DNA of 62,918 nt, the filler included, from Phoronis australis (Eukaryota > Animalia > Phoronida), in NCBI GenBank assembly GCA_002633005.1. It is 5 parts of 5 records of this genome, joined end to end, with 100 filler letters (N's around TTAATTAATTAA, not from the genome) between each part and the next. Parts side by side here need not be neighbours in the genome. Positions count along the whole stretch, not along the records: positions 29,822 to 56,006 come from NMRA01000632.1; 4 more parts are not named here. One strand, given 5' to 3'. How positions within the stretch are numbered: position 1 is the first letter of the stretch; every line of letters starts with the position of its first letter. The notes under the pieces were generated by a model. That model had not been told where the DNA came from and did not search any database. It saw nothing but the letters and a program-made list of their open reading frames with translations. This document shows positions 38,422 through 51,500 of the stretch, piece by piece. A program made the translations under genes and the position numbers.

Positions 38422-41194
38422 GTCCAATCGACTTCTGGTTATCGTTTTTACCATGTGATCAACCGAATTCAATAGTTAATGTTGAGAACGTCTCGAGCAA
38501 ATTAGGTCAAAGAAAGAGCGTTACACGGCAGTGTCGTTGCCATTACCGACGATACCAAGAGGAAGAACAGCCATTTGAGTAGGTAAAATGCAACATTTTG
38601 ATAATTTTCAATGAGTATTTGCTATTCTGGCTATTTAGGCGATTTGGGCCGGAGTATAGGAGCTTCATACCGTAGTATAGAATTACCTGAGCACAGGAGC
38701 TTCATAAATGTTTCTTCGGATCTGTACATATTCAACCTGCATTTTATACCATCAACTATATTGCCTTTCAGTTTTGAAACATGCACACGAAACAAAGTAA
38801 CCGAGACTCTATGTGCCGTTTTTCCTAGTCAGTTACATCGCCCTGGATGCCGCAGCCATACAGGGGCGATAGAACATCCCCACAAAAAGTTACAAATTTC
38901 AAAATACAAGAAATAAAATCAAATGAAACATGCATATATGCACATAGAGTTATAATTAACACATACCTGGAGACGATTCAGTCAAGATAATTTGAACAAA
39001 TCGATGAAAATCTGCTGTCGCGGTTAGCTCGAGTTTCTCTTACCTTGTGTCAGTTTGAGGAAGTTATATGAAAACACGCATGTTGACGAATAAAACGTCC
39101 AAGGGACACAAATCTTACAAATTTCACCCGATACCATCCCATTCTATTTTGCAAGTGTCGCGCCAGCGAGCGTCACGCGCTTCGCCCAGTCTCACGCTAA
39201 CCTTTTTCTGACTCACCTGACTCACTTGAAATACTTTGTGGTTATCGCGAGCGTGGTGAAAAAGTTAACGATGACAAAATAGTGTAGTTGGAATTCTTCG
39301 CCAAAGTTTTCTTAATTGTCGTAGCTATACTTCATGGACTGGAAGATATGTGTAGAATTAGAAAGAGACACTGAAGAAGGTAAACGCTTTTTTAAGTCAT
39401 AGTATAAAGTGTAGAATGTATTTTCGACGAAGTGAAAACTCTCAATCGGTGACCGGATTTGGTCTACCGCCCGTTTAAAATACACGGACGAAATTCGTAC
39501 AGGGGCGATGGGAATTTGTATAGACCGTAACTGGCCATCCGAGGGGCTACGTGTTGCCTACGTTTTTCCAAGACGTTACAGTTGACAATTGATAGATTTG
39601 GACGGGTCACAAAAGCAAACCAACTGGGAGGTTTTAGTTGTTCAACTGACATGTGTTTTAGGCTGGCCGCACATTACCACGATGTCACTTGAATTTTACA
39701 TTTTAATTCATTGACAATTTTGGGGTAGCACAACTATGTATGACTTGATCGTTTTAATTATGTCACATGAGTCAAACTCTTGAGGTCACCACTTTTATTG
39801 CTTGGAACTTCAAGTTCTGTCCTGCGTGTTTTGTTTTAGTCACGGCTACTAAACAGTGTGGCTCTTATTATCGTATCTGCCGTCAGGTGTCAGGTAAAAA
39901 AAAAAACTGAACTTGCTATTACCGACTGGAACTACTCGATCTAAATTGATACAAAATAGGTTGTTTTGGGGTGGCATTCTCCTTTAAACCGTTCATAGTC
40001 CTCAGTCCATTTTCTTTTTTTTTTGCTGTAAAGCTACTGTAACCAATGACTGCCGAGTTTACCAGTGATAGATAAGAACGCGTGCTACAGAATGTTACCT
40101 GCGTGTTCGGACACGCAGGAAACCAGTGAGGTCAGCTATTAGCGGCCTATGCCTTCTCTGGCCACCCAATTTTGAAATTCTACCATTTCGTGTGATATAA
40201 AAATAAGCCATGCCCGGCTGTTATTAGCATTATCATTATTATTATTTATTGTCACCAGGACAAACTACATTCATCATAAGAAACAGTACTGTGACGTTTT
40301 AGGTCAACCTTGACTAATGGAACAACATATCTGAGTAGACCAGTACAGACCTTTTTTAGTGATAAAGTACATCAGGATCATTCTTTGATCGGACTATAAG
40401 ATCACATGCTAAAAAGGAAAGCGTTTTCATCCAAAAACTCCAACGACGTTTCATTTGTATCAAACGCTGAGTGCCAAATTGGGCACGCTAAAATTGGGCC
40501 TTGCCCCCCCGGCATCAACCCAGAGAGACTGATGTTTCTTGAACCCTAAAATGTGCCTGAAGTTCAGACCAGTTAATTTTATAGGGGTCTATCCTCCGAT
40601 AAATGTAAATAAAAGCGTGTAGGTGCCACAACATCCCCCAAACACCACAACAAATACCCTACAAACTTCAGAACACCCCCACAATAGCCACAGCAGTCTA
40701 AAACTCTCTATAACTTTCCCCACACTCGCCACAACACCCCCAGAATCTTCACAACCCCACCCCATTGTTTGAGCCTTCTCCTGTTCAATGAAACCGGATC
40801 TGACCTTGGTGGTTAACATCCTGCTCCTTTGTTAACTACTGAGTGCTGTTTTTCCTCCGGTATAACAACAGACTTAAAATAGCTTCTGTAGCAGAACTAC
40901 TTTAGATATCAAGTGTCATAGAATTTCGGTAACAAAAATGAACTTAAGTGATGGTTCTGCCAGGGACATGTTCTTTCGATTTGTTAAAAGGGTAGGCCTA
41001 CTAAACCCTGTTTAGATCATCTCAACCCCAAACCTCGTTCTGTCACCTGCTAATGAATCATTGGCGTCAATCTTGAAAGATAACAGGAACAAAACTCATA
41101 CTCCCTATCGCACAAATTGGATACGGTACTTGGTGGGTCCCAAAGTTGCCGTGTAACGTCATCTGTCTGTAATGCTTGGTAAGGGTGTTATAAG

Positions 41195-41565
41195 CAAAAA
41201 TATAACTTTGAATAATGGTGGCCTTAATTTGCATTAATTATACAAAATTATCATGCGCCTACTTGCAAACTGATTTCATTAAACTAATGGACCACAGGAA
41301 CATAGGTGTAACTATGATAACTCACTGTGATGATTGGACCCATACATGTAGCTATTAGAACAAGTAAAATTTTGAATAATGGCAGTCTTAATTTGCATAA
41401 GTTATGCAAATTCACTACGTATTCCCCAAAAAACCTGCACTGTTAAATTCGCTAACCGTAGATATACGGGTGAAAACATCAAAATAATCTGCTTGTAGAG
41501 CTTAGTAACGAAATTATAACCAAAAATAGAATTTTGCTTAATGACGGCCTTAATTTGCAAATTTA
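41195..41565. repeat. ~165-bp degenerate tandem repeat, about 2.3 copies
   Basis: TAATGRYRGYCTTAATTTGCA recurs near 41212, 41377 and 41539. Confidence 0.6.
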
Positions 41566-41879
41566 AAAAAAAAAACGTTCAAGGGCTTCGAACGGCCATC
41601 CTCCTAAATCATGATTATCTATGCCTAGGCAACATAAAACAGCAAAGAAAAAATTATCCAGCAAATCCAGGTTAAGTAAAAAAACAGCATTTGGCTCCCG
41701 GACTACCACTAGAAAATTCTTGTATAAGAACATTCGTCTGCTTTTATGTAAAAAGGTACCATTTGCTCCATGGCTGACGGAATGTACTTTTGGAATATCA
41801 CCTAGCGGAAGATTTGAAAGATTGAGGATGTTACAAATTTGTTCCATTGGTCACCCATTATTCACATATTTTATTTTAG

Positions 41880-42158
41880 GCGTTTTCCAGACAAGCACGT
41901 TCGCCCTTAGCTTGACTACTGAACTTCCAAGAAATCGCGTCAGAACAGGAGAGACTGCAAAATTTGTATGTGAAGCTGAAGGAATGCAAGATGGAGATGT
42001 ACTGCGAATAATGAAAAAATTAGAGATTAGCCAGACATTAGAACTCACCATTGGGCAGCAACTGAAGTCGCCGTATTCCGATCTTGGGAGATATTCTATC
42101 ACTTACTCAAGGAAAGAGGGTACTGAGCAAATCCAGTCGTATCAGTTAGTGATACAAG
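41880..42158 (+). CDS. Ig-superfamily protein, exon encoding the first part of a V-type Ig domain
   Basis: TTTTAG acceptor and G|GTAAAT donor, phase 1-1. Encodes VRTGETAKFVC...GRYSITY...YQLVIQ and splices in frame to 53412. Confidence 0.82.
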
Positions 42159-43215
42159 GTAAATGAGAAGGTGACGATTTTCTTAGTTTGTACTGGGTAG
42201 CAGGTAAATGCTGTTATTGACAACAAGCATAACAAACGCAACGATACGTCGATACAGAAATTATATTTAGGGAAAATTAAAACCCAACGTTTCGAGTTAA
42301 TAGATAAAGAGCAGTAGTTCGGAAAGGTTGGGTTTTAATTTACATCCAAAACACAGCCATCCACATAACCGAAGATTTCTCAGTTAGAGTGTGCAATGCC
42401 AGAAAGGAACTGTATAAATTCTCGAATGAAAACGACATGGAAAATTCAAGCATACGATACTACAAACACATTCACGATAGGAAAACTTATATTATGTACG
42501 ACGACGACAACAAGAGAGTGTTTAACTGCAACAGATAAGATAGGGGCCAAGGCCCACCTCTGTATACAAACGGCATATCCTTGATGAGCTTGAACGCACA
42601 TGGTCTCGCGAAAGAGATTGGACAATCTGAGGTTCTTGACTTTGTATCTAGGTATCATGAAGCAGCAGTCAGTGAAGCATGGGCAAATTAACCAAACCAG
42701 TTTAGTGTATCAGGCTATGTAAGTTTTGATGTGCAAAACATAAAGAGAAGGAAATTTGGAAGAAACTCCGGAGGGGTGAGTGTATTTATCAAATATGATT
42801 TAGACAAATATTTTAGACGGTTGAAGTTTGATCGTATTCACGGGCGACAAAAGGTTGTTTAAGACGGACAACGATGTTATTATTTGCTTTATTTATGTAA
42901 CCCAGAAGGGTCGTCAGTGTATGGAAACTCCGCAGGGAAAAATGGAGTAACCCATCTTGGCCAAGAGTTGTTGAATTTGTCGCAGAAATTTTGTGATTGT
43001 CATTTTGTTGTAATGGGTGACCTAAATGCTAGAGCAGGAAACCTGTAAGACTATATTTTGGATGTCGACTTCTTACCGTGTCAAGATTGGTACGATACTG
43101 AATAACACATTTTGCTCACCCAGGCAGTCTAAGAATGAAACTGTAAATAATTTTGGCAAAACTTTAATTGATATGTGTTTGACTTAAACATGCATACTGA
43201 TAAGGGTAGGAGTCA

Positions 43216-44269
43216 CAGTGGCGGATCTAGGATATCACAAGGGGGGGGGCAAAATTTTGTCTGTAAGCATTTGCGCGAACCACGATTGTAGATGCTCATA
43301 GCACCGAATGGGGGGAGGTCGGGAGGGGAGTTTGCCCCCTCCTGCCTAGGAAATTTTATGTTTTTTCCTCTAAAAATCAAGCATTTTCCTTTATTTCTGA
43401 AGTATTATCCAAGAAAAAATGCAAAAAAAAAAACAAAAAACAGGAAGAACGTGTCAATCAGAAAAAGCTGCGTATAACACAGACCCGAACTCGCGACTTG
43501 GCGAATAGAGCGCGCGTGCTTTACCACTACACCACCACGATTTAACTCCTACTTTGATACTCAGAGACCTACTTGTTTATGGTCCACAGCGTTTGCGCGC
43601 GAAATCTACTTCTTTTTGTAATGCTTATTACACGTTTTATATTTTGTGCAATCGGTTCGTAACAAATTTGTTGTATTTAGCGCGTGTCGTACCCCGGGCA
43701 AAATAGATTACGATAAAAAATAGTCTTCAAGTGCCCAAAAGACCAAATCTGTTTTTCGTGTTGGTAATAATGGCGGGATTGCTTTGGAAATCGTCTTAAG
43801 TTAAGGTTTGAAAAAGAGAGAATCATGAGTTTCTGAGTTATTCACTAAGGCTTCGATTAAAATTCAAATCTTGCCAGCAGCTTCTGTATTTTCATAGTCA
43901 CTCAGGTTCCATTTTCTTTAAAAAATTAAGTAAATTTTCTTCATTGCACAGTGGAGCAGACGACGGAAACGGAGTCGTAGTGCGCAGCGCCACTGCCGGT
44001 CGCCTCGGATATCGCGGGAGAGCCTATACTTTGCCATAGTTCCGTTACGATTGCGCCTTGTACCGAATTTGACACTTGAAATTGGATTTGAGTCCCCCCC
44101 AAACACCAAAATTGCACACATTTAAATCTTGTTTCATCCGTATAATTTTAATTACCGGGGTTAATTAATAAACTCAACATTTCCCTACGCTCTTGCTGTT
44201 TTATTTTTTGTGGCAGCCAAGGGGTGGGGGGCCCAGGCCCCCTGAGCCCCTCCCCTAAATCCACCTATG
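43216..44269. mobile_element. hAT-like non-autonomous element with 5-bp TSD inserted in the LINE endonuclease
   Basis: CAGTGGCGGATCTAGG...CCTAAATCCACCTATG. AGTCA is duplicated at 43211-43215 and 44270-44274. Removing the insert restores GRSQNDEYGEFT. Confidence 0.85.
43477..43539 (-). other. tRNA-derived (Pol III A/B box) remnant inside the MITE
   Basis: Minus strand reads TGGTGTAGTGGTAAAGCA...GCGAGTTCGGGTC; no convincing acceptor stem. Confidence 0.5.
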
Positions 44270-44533
44270 AGTCAGAATGATGAATATGGCGAGTTTACAT
44301 GTCACTCGTCAGGTGGGTGTAGTACTGTAGACTATTTGATCGTGTCAGCAAGTCTATTTCAACACATTTCAGATTTTAGTGCAGACACATTTGACAAGTC
44401 TGATCATTTTCATGTTGTTTGTAATGTTGCAGGTAATTGTGTGTATGACAGTCGTTGTAGCGTTAGGCAATCAACATCGCAATCACATACTCGCCTAGAG
44501 TGGGATAGTGGCCGAGTAGCAGAATTACATGGA

Positions 44534-45890
44534 TAGTCCAGTCATTCTAGGGCTACAGAGGGCCCAACCTGGAAAAAATGCAACACAAGGTTTATTGCGT
44601 AAATGGTATCTTCAAACATCCCTTAGTTCCACAAAAAAGTCTACCGAAATCGTAGTGGCGCAAATCGGTTTTTCAAGATGGCGGAAAAATGGCCGCCAAA
44701 GCCGGTGTTTACTGCTTTCTGGCATGTTACTCATATGTAACAGCTGGAAATAAAACAATTAAGTTTGACATTGATCTTATACTTTTCATAACAGGCATAC
44801 CAATCAAAAGATGCCAATTTTCCATAAAATAAACCCAATGTGGCCGACAAAATGGCGCCCAAAACGGCAATTTGGTAAATGTTGCAAGATTTCTTTTTTA
44901 TATTTTGTCCCGAAAATGGCAAAATTTGTATTCTTTTTTTAAGTTAGACAATTGAAAATATCCAGACTTTATAACTGTCTGACAAAATAACTGCCAAGAT
45001 GGCCGCCAATTCACAAAACCCCAATATACCGCATTTACGTTCTGCAAGCTTAGTTTTTAACCTGATAGTCGTTTACACAAAAACATTTTACAGTCTACAG
45101 TCAGGGTTAATGAGTTGATTGTTTCTAGAATTTGTTTTTAAGATTTAGATACTAACTTTGGAATTTTAGTCACATTTTAGATTATATAACATAAAAGTTG
45201 TTGTTTTTCTGAAAAAGCTTTAGTTGAATTTTCATAATAAATTTCCCTCACTCCATTATTTTTCTGTAAAATACATTCATGTGTGGTATCAAAAATAATA
45301 TTTGTTAGAAAATTATGTTATTCTGGTGGAGTTATTGGCTTATTCATTACACAAACCCTTAATAAAATTGGGCAGGAAGTGGATTTTTTCTCTGCTATTG
45401 GAGGTATTATGAGTTGTTCCCAAGCAATGATTTCGTCTGCTGCTGGCATGTGTTGAGAATTTGGCTGCTGAGTTCACCTGAATTTGATGAAAAGCAAATA
45501 AAATTGTGTAACAAAAGGTAATAAGTCAATTTTAACATTTAGTACTCACCATTTGTTTAATATGCATGCTTTTTAAGAACATAGGTAACTGATTTTAGAG
45601 GAAATTAGTGGCAGCAAACCAAACGACGGTGATCTGCAGTCACTTGTTCTTAGCCAGGCTTGGCAGATTTCATACTGAGACGAGCTTTCTGGGATGTATT
45701 GGATCCGTAATGTCAGGCACAGGGCTTCACGAAGTTCGTGAGACGGTGTATGCATCAAACAGTGTGATCCTTATGTTAAATGGAAAAAGTGTGGATAGAG
45801 CAGTGAGGGGGCATATGGTGGTTGACTCAGCCCTGAATGCTATAGTAAAAGCCAGAACATTCAACATCCCACTTCCAAATATTGACTGAT
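44534..45890 (+). mobile_element. Academ-like DNA transposon remnant (terminus plus transposase fragment)
   Basis: The LINE frame breaks at TAGTCCAGTCA. Repeated AARATGGCSG motifs lie at 44675-45010. The fragment RLGRFHTETSFLGCIGSVMSGTGLHEV...YASNSV...MLNGKSVDRAVRGH at about 45655-45850 matches a motif I associate with Academ transposases. Family call is from memory. Confidence 0.6.
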
Positions 45891-46843
45891 CAAGTAACGC
45901 CAATCCAGAACCAATGAAGAAAGAAGTTCCGGGTCTTCAGAAATTCCAGGAGTCCCGAATATCACCAACACAGAACTCATAGATTCCGTGCCAAGAGGTG
46001 GAGAAATTCAATGCTTGTACATAAATGTTGACTCGTCAGAAAATGGAGACAGATTCTTCAGACATCCCAACTGATCAAAGTAACCAGATGTATAGGCTGG
46101 GGCATGCAATGCACAGCCAGTGTTTTTTGATTCTGAACCGTGGATTACAGTGGAATACCGTCACGAGAGTTCACTTGTGTCTTCCGACCTACTGCCACTG
46201 GTACATGTACATGTATATTCAAACACGACTGAATTAGGGTATACAGGGCTCGACATGACGACCTGCAGATCGCATTTGGGACCTGAAATTTGGAAATGCG
46301 AGCTGAGATTTTTGTCACCTCATATCAAGTCGCAGAATGCGACATGGAATTTCCAATGTATACAAGCTGAGTTTTTACACTTCTTGGCAGATACCTATAA
46401 AGCAACTCGTGTTAATCCGACCGTTCTTGGGTTGTTGCCAAATCCAAGTTCATAAGAACACTAACCGAAAACAGCCCTCCCCATAACTTGTAAGCAAGTC
46501 GCGTGAACATGAGATATGCAGAATCGACCTTTGACGCGTTTCATTGGCTAACATTTTAGGCCACTTTTGTAAATTTTCAGATTCGCCGAAGAAAGTTTCG
46601 GGCCACTGCATAACACGTGATAAAACGTCCCAAAACAGCGGTGCTTCTACTAATTCTTAAGCGATCAACTTACCAAACTTTGTGGGTGGATAAATATGTT
46701 TATTTTTCGCGTAAGATGTCCTTATTACATGTAGCAAATATCCACCACAATGTCCCAGATATCGCACTGCGTTACTGGTCGGTCCCGTTGTTAGCGCGCA
46801 AGCGGTCCCGTAAGATAATCGTGACTTAGAGATGTGCGTCTCG

Positions 46844-48579
46844 TTTTTATGCGCCCACATGTTTATAAGTAGTCGCATATTGCCGTCACTCTCTGTCTGG
46901 GCGTCCGTCGCTGTATCTCCTAAACCCCTTACAAGATCTTGATGAGATTTGTCAGACATGTTCCTATGAAGCTGAAGACGGATGACTACAAATTTCGGAC
47001 CTCTCCAACTACAGGTGTGCCCCCTAGTGGCAATTTTAGTTTTTACGCTTACCTCTGTATCTTCGGAAGTTCTCAACGGATTTTCATAAAATTTGGCAGT
47101 TATGCTTACATTAGCCAGATGACGCAATCCTCCCGTTTTCGGATGGATTCAAGGTGTTTTGCGCCACCTAGTGGCCATATTTACTGTTTTTGAGTCTGTG
47201 TTTTAGCGTCCGCACTTCTATCATCCAAACCGCTTTAGGGATGATTTTGATAATTGGAATATGTTCTTACTGTGAAGAGGGCGGCTGACGATGATTTTCC
47301 GACGGCTTCGACTACTATGACCCCTCCTAGTGGCAGTTTTATTTGTTTTTGCGTCCATGGCTGTATCTCCTCACAAACCCCTCACAGGATTTTGATGAGA
47401 TTTGGCAGATGTGCTCCAATGAAGCTGACAATAGATGAAGACGAATTTCGGACCTGTCCTAGTGGCAATTTTATTTTTTACGCTTACCTCTGTATCTTAG
47501 GAGATCCTCGACGGATTTTCATAATATTGGGCAGTTAGGCATCTGCTAGTGAGATAATAACATGCTCTCATTTTCGGACTGATTCGAGGTACTTTGCGCC
47601 ATTTTTACTGTTTTACGATTCTGTTTTCGGCGTCCGCCGTTCTATCAACCAAACTGCTCTAGGGATGATTTTGAAAATTGGTGTGTTTATTCTAACTGTA
47701 AAAAGGGCAGCTGACGATGATTTTCGGATGAGTTCGACTACTATGGCACCCCTAGTGGCAGATTTGTTTGTTTTTGCGCCCAGGGCTGTATCTCATGAAT
47801 GCTCTACAGGATGTTTATTGAATTTTGCTGGTGTATTTATATGAAGTTGAAAGAAGAGTACGACGACTTTCGAACGGATTGGATTCTCGGTGTGCCCTCT
47901 AGTGGCATTTTATTGTTTTTTACGTTTACCTCTGTATCGTCAAAGGTTCTCAACGGATTTTCATATAAAATTTAGCAAATAAGCATTAGTGAGGTGACAC
48001 TATCCTCTGGTTTTCGGTTGAAATTGAGGTATTTTGCGCCACCTAGTGGCAATTTTTACTATTTTGTAGTCTGTTTTTCGGCATCTGCCCCTCTGTCAAC
48101 CGAATCACTCTAAGGATGATTGTGGAAATTGGCATGTACATTCCTAATATGAAGAGGAGGGCTGACGATTTTCTGATGACTTCGAGACAGTACTGTGGTG
48201 CCTCTTGGTGGCAATTTTTTGCACCCATAACTGTATCTCCTAAACACTACAGGATGTTTAATTAAATTTAACAAATGTATTCATATAAAGTTGACAACGC
48301 ACAACGACGACTTTCAGACGTATCTGACGACCGCTGTGCCCGCTAGTGGAAATTCATTTTTTCCGTTGTCCTCTGTTTCTTTGAAGTTCCTTTACCGATA
48401 TTTATGAAATTCAATAAGTGGCTTTCTATTAAGAATGATGGCAAGTTCCGTTTTCGGATGGATTCAACGTATTTTGCTCCATCTAGTGACCTTTTTATGA
48501 TACAAATAAACACCCCTAGAAACACACCGTTTGCGGTCCATTCGTGGGCGCATTTCAACTCTCTGCGTTGCTCTTGTTT
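46844..48579 (+). mobile_element. Helentron-associated (HINE/DINE-1-like) element with an internal tandem array
   Basis: Starts TTTTTATGCGCCCAC, with the subterminal inverse GTGGGCGCAT at 48544-48553, a short CAAC..GTTG hairpin and a CTTGTTT end. Has a GTCY-type microsatellite remnant and ~145-bp internal repeats containing CTAGTGG. Confidence 0.75.
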
Positions 48580-51500
48580 ATCGCATAAAACGGCCAAAGT
48601 GAAAATGACAACTCTGTTAATCTCCAAACGACGACCACGTCTTTACTTTCAGTTGCCAAGAAATTCTCAAACCCTTTACTTGTTTCTGGGGCTATATGTG
48701 CGCGAATTATGAATCTTTCACATGTTGTTGCCAACATAAAGTGTAGGCCTACTCCAACGATTCAAGTGCGTGAACTCACGCGTGTGCACCACTTCAAAGT
48801 TGCGCATCCAAAGAGAACAGTGACAGTTCTAAATGAAAGATTATACCGGCTGGGCTCTGTAAAGCACCCGGGTACTTGCCAGTGGTTTATTTGAAAATGA
48901 ACTCATAGATTCCCGGCGGTTATAAAAGACCCGATGCTTTATGATATTCCCCGGGACCGATATAACCCAGAACTGATATNNNNNNNNNNNNNNNNNNNNN
49001 NNNNNNNNNNNNNNNNNNNNNNNNNNNNNNNNNNNNNNNNNNNNNNNNNNNNNNNNNNNNNNNNNNNNNNNNNNNNNNNNNNNNNNNNNNNNNNNNNNNN
49101 NNNNNNNNNNNNNNNNNNNNNNNNNNNNNNNNNNNNNNNNNNNNNNNNNNNNNNNNNNNNNNNNNNNNNNNNNNNNNNNNNNNNNNNNNNNNNNNNNNNN
49201 NNNNNNNNNNNNNNNNNNNNNNNNNNNNNNNNNNNNNNNNNNNNNNNNNNNNNNNNNNNNNNNNNNNNNNNNNNNNNNNNNNNNNNNNNNNNNNNNNNNN
49301 NNNNNNNNNNNNNNNNNNNNNNNNNNNNNNNNNNNNNNNNNNNNNNNNNNNNNNNNNNNNNNNNNNNNNNNNNNNNNNNNNNNNNNNNNNNNNNNNNNNN
49401 NNNNNNNNNNNNNNNNNNNNNNNNNNNNNNNNNNNNNNNNNNNNNNNNNNNNNNNNNNNNNNNNNNNNNNNNNNNNNNNNNNNNNNNNNNNNNNNNNNNN
49501 NNNNNNNNNNNNNNNNNNNNNNNNNNNNNNNNNNNNNNNNNNNNNNNNNNNNNNNNNNNNNNNNNNNNNNNNNNNNNNNNNNNNNNNNNNNNNNNNNNNN
49601 NNNNNNNNNNNNNNNNNNNNNNNNNNNNNNNNNNNNNNNNNNNNNNNNNNNNNNNNNNNNNNNNNNNNNNNNNNNNNNNNNNNNNNNNNNNNNNNNNNNN
49701 NNNNNNNNNNNNNNNNNNNNNNNNNNNNNNNNNNNNNNNNNNNNNNNNNNNNNNNNNNNNNNNNNNNNNNNNNNNNNNNNNNNNNNNNNNNNNNNNNNNN
49801 NNNNNNNNNNNNNNNNNNNNNNNNNNNNNNNNNNNNNNNNNNNNNNNNNNNNNNNNNNNNNNNNNNNATTGAGGAGCAAACTCGAATTACCCGATGGAAA
49901 CCCACACGGAGTTTGGAATTATTTCGAGGCTATTCATTTTGTGGGAAACTAATTGTTGAGTACGTAAACAACATAAGTATCACATTTTTGTTGTGAAATT
50001 TGCACTGAATTGTTCCCGCACATCCAAATACGTCATTCGGTTAGGGCATCGTTTCATGGATTTTTTCGACAGATGTTTTTCAAACGTCGAGTTAAGTTGC
50101 AAAAAGTGGAGGGAATTTGCACTCCGAGTTATTTTGGATCTTTAACGACTTTGATGACAGCCAGTAGCAGGTCAGACCTAGCAAAATCGCGGATGCTTTT
50201 TCAACGGGCATTTTCTCCCTTTCCACAATCCAAACTTAACTACTCGAATGCACGTTTCAGTTAGAGAGCGTTCAACTTTCACGTCAGAAACTTGCCTTGC
50301 GCTCTAGAGCTTTTCAACGGCGGTCGTGAAGAACAGTAATGCTGCACCTGCATGAAGGAACTCAATTTTGCGATCTGCAATTTGTGAGTATTTACGCTGC
50401 GGGTAAGAGCATAATCTAAACATTTTCTCGCCAATCTCATTTCAAGATCGCATTATCTCACAGCGCGACAGAAAAGTTTATGGCCGCTGCGCTTCAACCT
50501 CACCCACCGGAACTACTCGCACGACCGGGCTGAAACTGTATGTTGTTAGTAAGCTACCCTTCTCGATGTCTCATTCAGTCTTCTTAAATTTAAAACTGCC
50601 GTTGGTCGCTGGACCCGTGCCTCGTGCATTGTCCCTAGTTAAGAATGAGTCTTTGGTTAGATTCAAGAATCAAGATTGCCAGTGATTGGAACCGAGCTCT
50701 TTTGTGAACAATGTAAATACATGTAAACCTTTTCCGGACTATTCAACTCTTGCACACCCTTTAAATGGTTACTAAATGGACACAAAATGAATACAATACC
50801 TTTTTCATTTTCAGTTCTGAATCGTTGGCAGAAAATCAGAGTAATGGAATGTCTGAATTCTGGTTTCGTAGAATTGTGGACATTCGAAGTGGTGAACTTT
50901 CGAAGGTAGCGAACTTTCGGAGTAGTGAACCTTCGGAAATCTTTCCATGAAAATTGTTGCTCGTGCGAAATCTGCGAAGCTGTGCACCATTGATATTGAC
51001 TGGCAAGAGAAGACTTTCTTCATTAACTAAAGTTTTAATTAGGTCTAGACTTACCTAATAATGTGAACATGGGGGGATTTCTCAGTGCAAGAAAACGCGG
51101 TAGCTAAATGTCTGATTTTTGAGAAACGACAAAGTAGTCAGTGAACATTCCGTCGGCGTGTACTGGATTTGAAAGAACGGAAACGCATGCATGTCAATTC
51201 ACCAATCCACAATCAAAGTGGACAGTTGATGATCAAGATATTTGCGCAGAAAGTGCTATTTTCTTATCTCAAAGTGCATTGGGTAAAAATGTTGGCGGCA
51301 CAAGCACGTGAAAATGTTGAACCATTAGGATGAAAGTGGTTCTTTATCCTCGTCGCCAATATTGTAATGTAGACTGTAACGCGGCGATTTGATATAACAC
51401 ATATAAAGGTTGATGAAGAGATGGTAACTACATATAAAATTGGAATACTAACAAATAGGTCTAGGTAGTATACATGTAGTTACAAAGAGAGGCTTTTACC

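Larger units (their letters stand above)
42348..44533 (+). mobile_element. Decayed LINE (RTEX-like): ORF1 C-terminus plus AP-endonuclease domain, interrupted by a MITE
   Basis: ITEDFSVRVCNARKEL resembles a LINE ORF1 C-terminus. Endonuclease motifs: SLNAHGL, VSEAW, GRNSGGVSVFIK, VMGDLNARAG, GEFTCHSSGGCSTVDYLIVS and SDHF, with several stops and frameshifts. Confidence 0.82.

Noticed and set aside
39334-39379. MDWKICVELERDTEE plus a phase-1 donor as the leader exon of the Ig gene
   Set aside because: Not hydrophobic like a signal peptide and embedded in repeat-like sequence; unsupported without transcripts.
41621-41879. N-terminal part of the 181-aa ORF
   Set aside because: Intronic repeat sequence upstream of the acceptor at 41878-41879.
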